Source: Thermoguttaceae bacterium (GTDB lineage: Bacteria > Planctomycetota > Planctomycetia > Pirellulales > Thermoguttaceae). Taken from it: a DNA stretch of 64,000 nt. Where the stretch lies: contig JAFSDX010000034.1 of NCBI GenBank assembly GCA_017436025.1, forward strand, positions 6,210 through 70,209, in the 5' to 3' direction. The position numbers and the translations under genes were made by a program. Below are positions 1 through 8,208 of this stretch, one piece after another (the stretch's first letter is position 1; every line of letters starts with the position of its first letter). The notes beneath the pieces are model-generated. The model searched no databases. It was not told where the DNA came from and saw only the letters and a list, made by a program, of their open reading frames with translations.

Positions 1-2915
1 GCTTCAACCAACTCGAAGCGACCGTCTGCGCCGCTCTCGACGTCGGCTCCCTCGCCGAAGCGGCTCGCGTCGCGAAAAACGAAAAGCTGCTCAACGAATA
101 TCAAACCCTAAACTTCGACCAACTCGAAGATTGGCGCGACGCTTGCCGAGCCCTCGGTCTGCCCGTCTCGCCGCCGCTCTCCTCCTCCAACGTCGCGCGA
201 ATCGACGATTTTTTAGAGTTTTACGGAAAACACGAAGCGCTTTTCGCCCGTCGCCGCTATCTCGCGCTTATCGGCGCCGACGCCTTGTCGCAGCTTAAAG
301 TCGTTCGCGATTTGCAACTCGTTTTTCCCGACTGTCCCATTTGGGATTCTCAAATTCGCATGCTCGAAGCGCTGAACGAACGGGAAATTCAAGCGTGGTA
401 CAAACGCGAAGACGATAAGTTGCAAAGCCTCTGGTCGCAAGATACGGAGGAAGCCGCGAATCGAAAAAAAGAAACGCTCGGAAAGTTGCAGGAAATCCTC
501 GCGACTCTCGAAAGTCCCGAACGCCTCGAGCCCGCCTCGCCCGAATTCCTCCGCAAGTTGCGCGTTACGTCTCGTAAACTGGAACAACAGATAGCGTTTT
601 ACGAAATGACCGAGGCCTACGCAGAGTGGCGGGAGGCCCTCAAAGTCCAACGCGCCGACCTTCCGGCGTTTGGCGACGCGTTGGCCAAAGCGTATCTTAA
701 ATGCCAACAACTCAAGATTAACGTTCCCTCCCGATACTCGCCCCAAGAGTTTGAAAAAGCCGGGCTGGCGCAAAAATATCATAACGCCCTCGAAAGCTTC
801 AAAGAGAAAGTAACGCGTTTTAGGAATTTGTTGCAAAACAACGACGCGACGCTCGAAGAGCAAACCGCCGCGTATAAAGCCGTCGAACTCGCCTACGAGA
901 TACTACAAACCGCCGCCAACAACGCGGCCGGCGTCGTCCAAAACTACGAAATCCCCAGTATCGACCAAGACCTCGTCGACGACTACGAAGCTCGCGTCGA
1001 CGCGGTCGAACGTCAAAAACTTCGCATACGCGTTTTATGCGTTTCCGCCGCGGTTCTGTTTTGCGCCTTGCTTTCGGTCGCGGTCTTTTTCATCGCTCGC
1101 CAAAAACACTTTAACAACGAAGCGCTCGCGGTCGCCGCCGCGCTCGAGGTTCAGCTCGACTCGTTCGAACGAAAAACGAACTACGCCGCTCTCGCGGAAG
1201 TCGAAAAAACGCTCGAGGAGTATTACGTCGTTAAGTCGCCGATTACGCAACGCTTGGCGTTTATCGAACAAGCGGAGCGTTGCCAAAAACTTCGCGACGC
1301 CGAAGACGAACGCCGCGCGCGGTTCCAGGACGACGTCGAAAAACTCCAAGCGATCCATAAAACCGAAAAAACGCGCCCCGATTTGCTCCAACGCGTCAAG
1401 GACGCCGCGTTCACCGCGCAAGAAAAAAAAGAATACCAAACGCTGAAAAAACGCGAAGACGAAATCCGCAAATCCAATACCGACGCTTATTTGCAACGTC
1501 TCGACAGCCTCGTCGACCAAAAAAACGCCTTGGCCAAGACTCAAATAAGCGACCTCGAAACGCGCCTCGCTAACATCCAAGAACTCCAAGACGAGTTGCA
1601 AAAACTCGACCAAGAGTTCGACGCTTCCGCTATTTCGCCCCGCGCGAAAGAACAAGGCGACAACTTCAAGTCAAGCCTCGCCGATTGGCGCGCGACGACG
1701 GAACTTTCGCTTAAACTACAAGGCGCCGTCGGCGACGCGAAGGAGTTCGAAACGACGCTAACTCGTTACCAAGACAACATTTCGGAAGACGCCTACGCAA
1801 GAGCGCTCGACGCGTTGCAACTCGTTCCCGCGTTCGACGCTTGGAACGATTTCGCGCAAACCGACGCGAAGAGCGGCGCTTGGACGCAAACCGCCGAAAA
1901 TTTCAAGAGCCGTCAAACGTCCCTCGCGCCGGCCCTCAACACGCTCTCCGAATTTTTGCCGGAAATTAACGACGTCAACGCGCGCTTCCAAACGCTGTCG
2001 AAACGTCAAGAGTTGACGCAAGAATTGAAACGCGTTTTCAAGTTTTGCCAACCGGAACTTTATGTTTTCGCCGATTTGAAAAACACCGTCTATTACTACT
2101 TAACGTCGACGCCTACGATCGCGTCGAAAAAATCGTCGGTCGAATACTGCGTTCAAATTGTCGACGGCGTCCCGAAGACCCAAGTTTTCGACACGGACAT
2201 TATCGAATCGAGCCAGTTCGCCTCCATCGAACGCGCGCCGCAATACGTCCTTTATCAAAAAATCCAAAAGTTGCCCGCCGTCCCCGCCGACTCCGATTGG
2301 TTCGATTTCGTCGAAGACGTCGTCGATACGTTAATCGTCAAAGCCGACGAGCAAACGCTCGACCCGGCGGCCCAAGCCGTTTTACTTAAACGTTTAGCGT
2401 CGGTGTTGAGCCAAGACCCCGATCTCGAATTTTTCGAAGAATGGCAAACCGCGTTGGACGACGTCGACGTCGGCGTCAACCTCTACGAATCGACGCAGGC
2501 GCTCCGCAAACTCCGCGAAACCGCGAACGACGTTTTGCCGCAACTCAAGGTCGCCTCCGCGGAAACCGGGTTGCGGAACGCTCGAAAGTCCGCTCAAAAT
2601 CTCGATCGCAGCCTCGCGTCTCTCGCTCCCTGCCGTTGGGTCGGGTTTGTCGACGTCGCCGATTCGACCGCTCGCCTCGCGTCGAACGACGACGCGACGC
2701 TCGAAGACGGAACGCTTTATATCGCCGAAGTTGTCGACAACTCGGTTAAAGCGCGAGTTTTCGGCAAAGTTCAAAACGGCCAAGCGACCGTAACCCCGCG
2801 CGTCGACTTCAAATCGCAACGCTGGAACCTCGTTTTCCTCCGCTCCAACGCCGCGAATTCGTCCCCAAGTCCAAAGGAAGCCTCCCTCGCTTCCGCCGCG
2901 CCTCGTTCGCTTTAA
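1..2915 (+). CDS. Large coiled-coil membrane protein, 5'-partial (N-terminus lies upstream of the window); no family recognised
   Basis: Frame 3 is open from nt 3 (FNQLEATVCAALDVG...) to the TAA at 2913-2915. The ORF track begins at an internal TTG (285), but no stop lies upstream. There is one hydrophobic TM segment (VLCVSAAVLFCALLSVAVFFIA, about nt 1030-1100). It is flanked by long E/K/Q/L/R-rich heptad-like stretches (e.g. LDSLVDQKNALAKTQISDLETRLANIQELQDELQKLDQEF). Same strand as the four genes downstream, with short gaps. Confidence 0.7.
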   Translation, partial: FNQLEATVCAALDVGSLAEAARVAKNEKLLNEYQTLNFDQLEDWRDACRALGLPVSPPLSSSNVARIDDFLEFYGKHEALFARRRYLALIGADALSQLKVVRDLQLVFPDCPIWDSQIRMLEALNEREIQAWYKREDDKLQSLWSQDTEEAANRKKETLGKLQEILATLESPERLEPASPEFLRKLRVTSRKLEQQIAFYEMTEAYAEWREALKVQRADLPAFGDALAKAYLKCQQLKINVPSRYSPQEFEKAGLAQKYHNALESFKEKVTRFRNLLQNNDATLEEQTAAYKAVELAYEILQTAANNAAGVVQNYEIPSIDQDLVDDYEARVDAVERQKLRIRVLCVSAAVLFCALLSVAVFFIARQKHFNNEALAVAAALEVQLDSFERKTNYAALAEVEKTLEEYYVVKSPITQRLAFIEQAERCQKLRDAEDERRARFQDDVEKLQAIHKTEKTRPDLLQRVKDAAFTAQEKKEYQTLKKREDEIRKSNTDAYLQRLDSLVDQKNALAKTQISDLETRLANIQELQDELQKLDQEFDASAISPRAKEQGDNFKSSLADWRATTELSLKLQGAVGDAKEFETTLTRYQDNISEDAYARALDALQLVPAFDAWNDFAQTDAKSGAWTQTAENFKSRQTSLAPALNTLSEFLPEINDVNARFQTLSKRQELTQELKRVFKFCQPELYVFADLKNTVYYYLTSTPTIASKKSSVEYCVQIVDGVPKTQVFDTDIIESSQFASIERAPQYVLYQKIQKLPAVPADSDWFDFVEDVVDTLIVKADEQTLDPAAQAVLLKRLASVLSQDPDLEFFEEWQTALDDVDVGVNLYESTQALRKLRETANDVLPQLKVASAETGLRNARKSAQNLDRSLASLAPCRWVGFVDVADSTARLASNDDATLEDGTLYIAEVVDNSVKARVFGKVQNGQATVTPRVDFKSQRWNLVFLRSNAANSSPSPKEASLASAAPRSL

Positions 2916-3008
2916 ACGACGCCGAACGCCCGCGCGTTTTCCCTTTCGACGTTCGACGCGACGCAGTTTCAACGTCGCTTAACCTTTATTTTTTCAAGCA
3001 GTTGCATT

Positions 3009-4040
3009 ATGAATTATTACCTTCAACTCCGCGGTCGCGCCTACGGTCCCTTCACCGCCGACAAAGTGCGCGTTATGTGTCAAAACGGCTCCGTAAACGC
3101 CGAGTCGCTCATTTCAACCGACAAACGCAACTGGCGCGAAGCCGGCTCGTTCCCCGAATTTTTCGACGCTCCGCAATCCGCCGTCAATACCGTTCCCCAG
3201 CAAACGCCGCCCGCCGTCCCGCCCGCGCCGGCGTTCTCTTCAAAGCCTTGCTGGTTCGTCAGTTACGACGGCAAAGAAGGTTTCGGCCCCTATTCCGCCC
3301 AAGCGATTTCCGACGCGGTCGCCTCGGGCAACGTCAACGCCGAAACGCTCGTTTGGCGTCAAGGCGAAACCGCTCGCCCAATGAGCGACGAACCGGAATT
3401 TTCAAGCCTCTTCGCGAAACCCGCGTCGACGTCGACAAACAACGCCGCGTCGAACCCGAATTTGACCTCGAACCTCGCGGAACAACTTCACCGAAGATAC
3501 CTCGGTTACTGGATTTCCTGGGCCCTCTTTTTCATCGTTCCGACTTTTGGATGGGCGCTCGCGGAACTGACGCCCGCCCTCTTCGAAGAAAGCCTTAGCG
3601 TACAGAATTTTTTAATGAAGTACGTCGTTACGCCGTGTCGATACGGAGCGCCGCTCGTTTGTTACGTCGTGCAAAAGATTTTCTTGCTGATGTTCGTCTA
3701 TTCGTTTTGGCGTTCGCTCCCCGCCGCCAACGCTCCGACGACGCCGGGCCCCGCTTGCGGTCTCCTTTTAGTTCCGTTTTTCTATTGGTATTGGAATTTT
3801 GTCGTGTTTTACCAAGGCACGATTTACGCAAACGCTTCCCTTAAAAAACTTGCGCCGGAAGTCGCGTCGCGAACGCAGGTATCCGAAACGCTCGCGCTCC
3901 TCTACGCAATCCTGGAACTCATTTGCATGCCGATAAGTTTGTGCCTTTCCTTCCCCCTCCTCGCTCAAATGCGAAACGTCGGCGCCGCGCTCGCCAAAGC
4001 GGAAGCGCAAGACTCCGACGACGCGTTTAACGTCGCGTAA
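3009..4040 (+). CDS. Membrane protein with two N-terminal GYF_2 (DUF4339)-like domains and a C-terminal multi-TM domain
   Basis: Two GYF_2-like modules: YYLQLRGRAYGPFTADKVRVMCQNGSVNAESLISTDKRNWREAGSFPEFF and WFVSYDGKEGFGPYSAQAISDAVASGNVNAETLVWRQGETARPMSDEPEF. They are separated by a Pro-rich linker. The C-terminal ~170 aa contain about 4 hydrophobic helices (WISWALFFIVPTFGWALA, LVCYVVQKIFLLMFVYSFW, LLLVPFFYWYWNFVVFY, LALLYAILELICMPISLCLSF). Confidence 0.75.
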   Translation: MNYYLQLRGRAYGPFTADKVRVMCQNGSVNAESLISTDKRNWREAGSFPEFFDAPQSAVNTVPQQTPPAVPPAPAFSSKPCWFVSYDGKEGFGPYSAQAISDAVASGNVNAETLVWRQGETARPMSDEPEFSSLFAKPASTSTNNAASNPNLTSNLAEQLHRRYLGYWISWALFFIVPTFGWALAELTPALFEESLSVQNFLMKYVVTPCRYGAPLVCYVVQKIFLLMFVYSFWRSLPAANAPTTPGPACGLLLVPFFYWYWNFVVFYQGTIYANASLKKLAPEVASRTQVSETLALLYAILELICMPISLCLSFPLLAQMRNVGAALAKAEAQDSDDAFNVA

Positions 4041-4151
4041 TTCCACCGTTTACCGCCGCGTCGGTAAAAACGACGCGTTGCGACGCCTTACGAAACGATC
4101 GACGTCGCGCCGCGTCGCGCTCCCTTGCCTCGCTTACCGTAACCCTTTGCA

Positions 4152-5045
4152 ATGAAACAGAATAGCAAATCGACAAAAATCTCTTGGTTGCGCGACGACT
4201 TCGAACGCCGTCTCGCTTTTCGCGGCGAACGTTACTTAAAAGTCGGAGCGCTCTCGTCCGGTCTTTTAGCGTGTTGCGCGTCGTTACTCTTTTATAGCGC
4301 GGTGTTTATCGCTCCCGCCTGCGCCGCGAAAGCGACTTTCACGGAGCGCGGTTTCATTCCGTACCCTATCGTTTTCCTTGGTTTTTGGACTTTTTTCCTG
4401 CTTTGGATTAAGACGCGAAAAATCAAATTGCAACGCAAACCGTTGCGGCTCGCGATTTTACCGGACGCGCCCAACTTTACGCTGACGGTCGCGACGGTCG
4501 ACGAGGTAACGCGCAAAATTTCGGAAAACGCCGAATCGCCGAAAGATTTTTTACTTTACCGCCGCGTTATGCAAACGCTCGCGCACCTTCGAAATTTAGG
4601 GCAAGTCTCCGAAGCCGACGCGCTTTTCCGTTCGCAAGCCGAGCGAGACGAGAACTTAAGCGACACGAGTTACGCGCTGATCAACGGATTTCTTTGGGCG
4701 ATTCCGATCCTCGGGTTCATCGGCACGGTTCTCGGCCTTTCCTCCGCGATCGCGAGTTTTAGCGACGTCTTAGCGGCTTCCGGCGACGCCGCGGAACTGA
4801 AACCCGCGTTAAAGCAAGTAACGGCGGGACTTTCGACGGCTTTCGAAACGACGTTTCTCGCGTTGGCCGTCGCTCTCGCCCTACAGATTTTTGCGACGTT
4901 CGTTCGCAAGTCGGAAGAAGAATTGCTCGACGATATTTCCGACTTCTGCGCGACGAACGTCGTTCTAAAATTACGCGTCGCCGTCCGCGAATTTCCCGCC
5001 CCGACGAACGCAAACGTCGACGCGACGTCGCCAACGCGAAAATAA
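4152..5045 (+). CDS. MotA/TolQ/ExbB proton-channel family protein
   Basis: Topology and C-terminal signature typical of the family: two N-terminal TM helices, a ~100-aa cytoplasmic loop, then FLWAIPILGFIGTVLGLSSAIASF ... LKQVTAGLSTAFETTFLALAVALALQIFATFV. Confidence 0.8.
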   Translation: MKQNSKSTKISWLRDDFERRLAFRGERYLKVGALSSGLLACCASLLFYSAVFIAPACAAKATFTERGFIPYPIVFLGFWTFFLLWIKTRKIKLQRKPLRLAILPDAPNFTLTVATVDEVTRKISENAESPKDFLLYRRVMQTLAHLRNLGQVSEADALFRSQAERDENLSDTSYALINGFLWAIPILGFIGTVLGLSSAIASFSDVLAASGDAAELKPALKQVTAGLSTAFETTFLALAVALALQIFATFVRKSEEELLDDISDFCATNVVLKLRVAVREFPAPTNANVDATSPTRK

Positions 5046-5090
5046 CGACGGCGTCCGACAGCGCAACACTTTTAACGACAAACGTTTAAA

Positions 5091-5903
5091 ATGCGTCGCA
5101 AGAAAAATCAGATTCCGTTTTCCCTATTCGCCTTCCAAGACGCGATCGCGTCCGTCTGCGGTTTCGTCGTTTTGATCGCCTTAATTTTAGCGCTCGAATT
5201 AACGAACCAAATTGTCGAGGAAGCCGCCCGGCCCGTTCCGTCCCCCGCCGCCCTTACCGACTTAACCAACGAAATCTCAACGCTTAAAAGCGACGTCGCG
5301 ACGCTTAAACAAACGTCGGAACTTTGGGACGAAATGTCGCGTCAAGCGTCGCGATCTCATTTTTCGCCCGAAAACGCCGAAGCCGAACTGCTCCAAGCCG
5401 AGCGTCGATTGGCCGAATCGTTGACGGAAAACGAACGCTTGCAAGCGCTTATCGCCAACGAAAACGAAACGAAAACAAGCCGCGACGAACTCCTTCGCGA
5501 AATGGAAAAACAAAAAGCGGAACTCGCCGACCTTGACGCGCAAATCGCTAACCTGCGACGCGAGCAAAGTTTAACTCGTTCCGCGTCGATTTATTACGCG
5601 TCGACGAACGACGTTCGAGAAACGCCTTGGTTAGTCGACGTCGCCGAACGCCGAATTATCGTTCGTTCGCTAAAGTCGGAGGGCGCCGCGCCCAAACGTC
5701 CCCTCGAATTTTCCGGACGCGCCGCCCCAAGCGGTTTCCTCTCTTGGGCGCGCCAACGAGACAAAAACGCGGAATATTTCGTTCTCGTCGTTCGTCCCTC
5801 CGGCGTCGCGTCTTACGACAACATACGCAACTCCTTAGAAAAAAACGGTTTCAAAATTGGAATCGATCTCGTCGGCGAAACGTCGACCGTCGAAATCGAT
5901 TGA
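5091..5903 (+). CDS. ExbD/TolR-like protein with a long coiled-coil insert between the TM helix and the C-terminal domain
   Basis: The N-terminal TM helix carries an Asp (FSLFAFQDAIASVCGFVVLIALILAL), as in ExbD/TolR/MotB. About 110 aa of heptad-like sequence follow (EISTLKSDVATLKQ...KAELADLDAQIANLRREQ). The C-terminal segment EYFVLVVRPSGVASYDNIRNSLEKNGFKIGIDLVGET resembles the ExbD periplasmic domain end (E. coli ...TVDYETLMKVMDTLHQAGYLKIGLVGEE). Starts 45 nt after the MotA/ExbB gene. Confidence 0.6.
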   Translation: MRRKKNQIPFSLFAFQDAIASVCGFVVLIALILALELTNQIVEEAARPVPSPAALTDLTNEISTLKSDVATLKQTSELWDEMSRQASRSHFSPENAEAELLQAERRLAESLTENERLQALIANENETKTSRDELLREMEKQKAELADLDAQIANLRREQSLTRSASIYYASTNDVRETPWLVDVAERRIIVRSLKSEGAAPKRPLEFSGRAAPSGFLSWARQRDKNAEYFVLVVRPSGVASYDNIRNSLEKNGFKIGIDLVGETSTVEID

Positions 5904-5918
5904 CGTCGGAGAAGACTA

Positions 5919-6836
5919 ATGCGACGTAAACGCCGCCCGCAAGACAGCTTAGAACTTTTCCTCGACGCGCTCTGCAATATGTTCGGCGCGTTCCTGTTTT
6001 TACTGCTTTTTATCGTTGTTCTTTTGCAAACAACTCGGCGCGAACTTAGCGAACAACGTCGCCAACACCCTTCGTATAACGAGTTAGCGTCGCTGACGGC
6101 GGAACGCGACGCTCTGACGACGGAGTGGAACGACTCGCTCGAACAGTCGCGGCGCCTCGCCTCTCTTCAAAACAAGATTCTTTCGCCGGAATTGGCGGCG
6201 ACAATTCAAAAAACGATACAAACCATTCAAAACCAACAAGAAACGGAAAACAAAAACGCGATTTTACAAGCTGAAATCGACGCGCGAAACGCCGCCGTAA
6301 ACGCGACGTTGCAAAACCGAGACCGCCTTCAAGCCGAAATCGAAACCAAACGCTTACAATTCAAGGAGTTAGAAAACCAAATCCAAGCGGAGAAGACCAA
6401 ACAAACGCGCCAAACTTCGCCGCCGCAACTGCGCTTCTCCGACAAAATCGAATTTCAGGTCGTCGTAAAGTACGGTCGGCTTTACTGTTTGAAACGTTTA
6501 AAAGGCGACGGCGCATATCCGGAACATGAATTCAACGACGAGGATTTTTACGTCGTCGCACGAGACGAACACGGCGCGATCGTTTCTCCTAACCCTAGGC
6601 GAGGAATCGACTTAAGCGCCGATCTAAACGAAATCGAAGAGGCGTTGTCGACGCGCTTCGCCGACGTAAAGGCAAGTCGTTATAAAATCGCGTTTATGGT
6701 GTGCGCGGATTCGTTCGCCGAGTTCAACGTCGCTCGCAACTACTTTAAGAACAACGGATACGACGTCCGAATTCTTATCGGAAAAACCGGACAACGCATT
6801 CTTGACCGAGGCGGTCGCAGCAAGGAAGCGCAATAA
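5919..6836 (+). CDS. Second ExbD/TolR-like protein with a coiled-coil insert (paralog-like partner of 5091..5903)
   Basis: The N-terminal TM helix carries an Asp (LELFLDALCNMFGAFLFLLLFIVVLL). About 120 aa of coiled-coil-like sequence follow (LQAEIDARNAAVNATLQNRDRLQAEIETKRLQFKELENQIQAEK). The C-terminal segment YKIAFMVCADSFAEFNVARNYFKNNGYDVRILIG is ExbD-like. Starts 15 nt after the preceding gene. Confidence 0.6.
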   Translation: MRRKRRPQDSLELFLDALCNMFGAFLFLLLFIVVLLQTTRRELSEQRRQHPSYNELASLTAERDALTTEWNDSLEQSRRLASLQNKILSPELAATIQKTIQTIQNQQETENKNAILQAEIDARNAAVNATLQNRDRLQAEIETKRLQFKELENQIQAEKTKQTRQTSPPQLRFSDKIEFQVVVKYGRLYCLKRLKGDGAYPEHEFNDEDFYVVARDEHGAIVSPNPRRGIDLSADLNEIEEALSTRFADVKASRYKIAFMVCADSFAEFNVARNYFKNNGYDVRILIGKTGQRILDRGGRSKEAQ

Positions 6837-6901
6837 ATCGTTCCCAACGCGCCAAACGTTCGCCGAGCGCTCGGCCCGCCTAAACCGTTTAAAAGCAAAC
6901 G

Positions 6902-8020
6902 TTAACGCAACCGACGCCGACGTTCGCCGCGCTCGTAATCGTCGCGACGCTCGGCCCAACCGCGAAAATGCTCGACATACTTCGCCTTGTAGTCCGGAAC
7001 GTAACGCTCCAACAACCGTTTCAACGGCGCGTCCTTTTGCAACCGCGCCGCTTCCGCCGAGGAAATCCCCGCTTGCGCCTCAGGTTGTAGCGAACGCAAA
7101 TAAAGCGCCAACACGCGTTGCGTATCCGGCGAATAATGAATCAAAAAATGCGTCCAAGCCCAAGACTCGCGATATTCGCGAATCCGCATTTGGTCGACCC
7201 GCGTCAATCTCTCAAGACGCGACAACGACGGCGGAGACGCAAAAAACGACGTCGCGTCGCTTTCGACCTTCTCTAAAAACGGATTGCTAAATCCGCGTTC
7301 CCCCGGCGGCGTCTCAAAATACTTCGCCAAACCTTCGTCGATCCAAATCGGAACGTTCCTAAGCGCGGCGTTTAGGTACGCGTGCACCATCTCGTGTCGC
7401 ACGTTCAAAATCATCTTTTCGTCGCGCCGCACCATCAAGACGCCCGGCTTGCCCGGTTCCTTGACGTACAACGCGGGCCGGTCGGTCGGAGCGCCGGGAA
7501 AATATTCGCAAATAAAGGCGATATAAGAGGTTCGGTCGCGAAAAAGGCAAAGCGAAATCTTCTCCGTCGACTCCGGAACGCCAAGATAACCGACCAAATC
7601 GTTCTGCAGTCGAACGATTTCCGCTTGCAAACCCGCCGTTTCTTCGAGCGGAAAATTCGACTCGCAAACAACCTTTCCAAGCGCGACCGAATAAGGCAGA
7701 AACTTTGTAAACGAAGGACTTAAATCAAGAGCGAAGGTCGAAGGAGCCGACGTTGACGCCGCGTCGTTTTCCGCGTCGTAATCGCCCGCTTCGTTCGCCT
7801 CTCCGTTCGGCGGAACATCCTTCTTAAACGCGTCGACGATCGTCGGCAACGGAATCTTGAAGTCGATCGCCCAAACGTCCGCAAATGTTGCCGTTAAAGC
7901 GGTTACGCTCGCCGCCGCGACGCAGAATCGCCGCCAAGCGCCGCATCGTTTCGGCGCGCTTGATTTTGCCGCCGTTTTCTCGCCGCGACCGTTCGCGCCT
8001 CTATCGTCCTTTTCGCTCAT
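6902..8020 (-). CDS. Exported HExxH metallopeptidase-like protein (DUF1570-like)
   Basis: HExxH motif in VRHEMVHAYLNAAL, with a signal/anchor segment (WRRFCVAAASVTALTATFA). I prefer the ATG at 8020 (MSEKDD...). The ORF track start at 8137 is an alternative. Confidence 0.55.
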   Translation of the reverse strand: MSEKDDRGANGRGEKTAAKSSAPKRCGAWRRFCVAAASVTALTATFADVWAIDFKIPLPTIVDAFKKDVPPNGEANEAGDYDAENDAASTSAPSTFALDLSPSFTKFLPYSVALGKVVCESNFPLEETAGLQAEIVRLQNDLVGYLGVPESTEKISLCLFRDRTSYIAFICEYFPGAPTDRPALYVKEPGKPGVLMVRRDEKMILNVRHEMVHAYLNAALRNVPIWIDEGLAKYFETPPGERGFSNPFLEKVESDATSFFASPPSLSRLERLTRVDQMRIREYRESWAWTHFLIHYSPDTQRVLALYLRSLQPEAQAGISSAEAARLQKDAPLKRLLERYVPDYKAKYVEHFRGWAERRDDYERGERRRRLR

Positions 8021-8208
8021 TTTTCTCAATTGTTTTGCAATAAACGCAACTCTTTTCTTTTCGCAACTTAAAAGCGACGCGAACGTTCCAACGTCGCGCC
8101 GCTCCAGTATTATACCTAAAAGGCTCGAAACGCGCAACCCCGTTTCGCGACGACGTTCCTTCGCCGTTACTCCCGTCGTCGCAAGGGTTGCGCCGTTTCC
8201 TTTCGCCG

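Noticed and set aside
4152-6836. Straightforward annotation as a Zorya (ZorAB) defence system or as TolQRA
   Set aside because: The MotA-like protein is only 297 aa and lacks the long ZorA tail. The partner proteins lack an OmpA/PG-binding domain. No ZorC/D/E-like, TolB or Pal genes are adjacent. The similarity is at the level of the stator family only, so the cluster is kept as an unassigned system.
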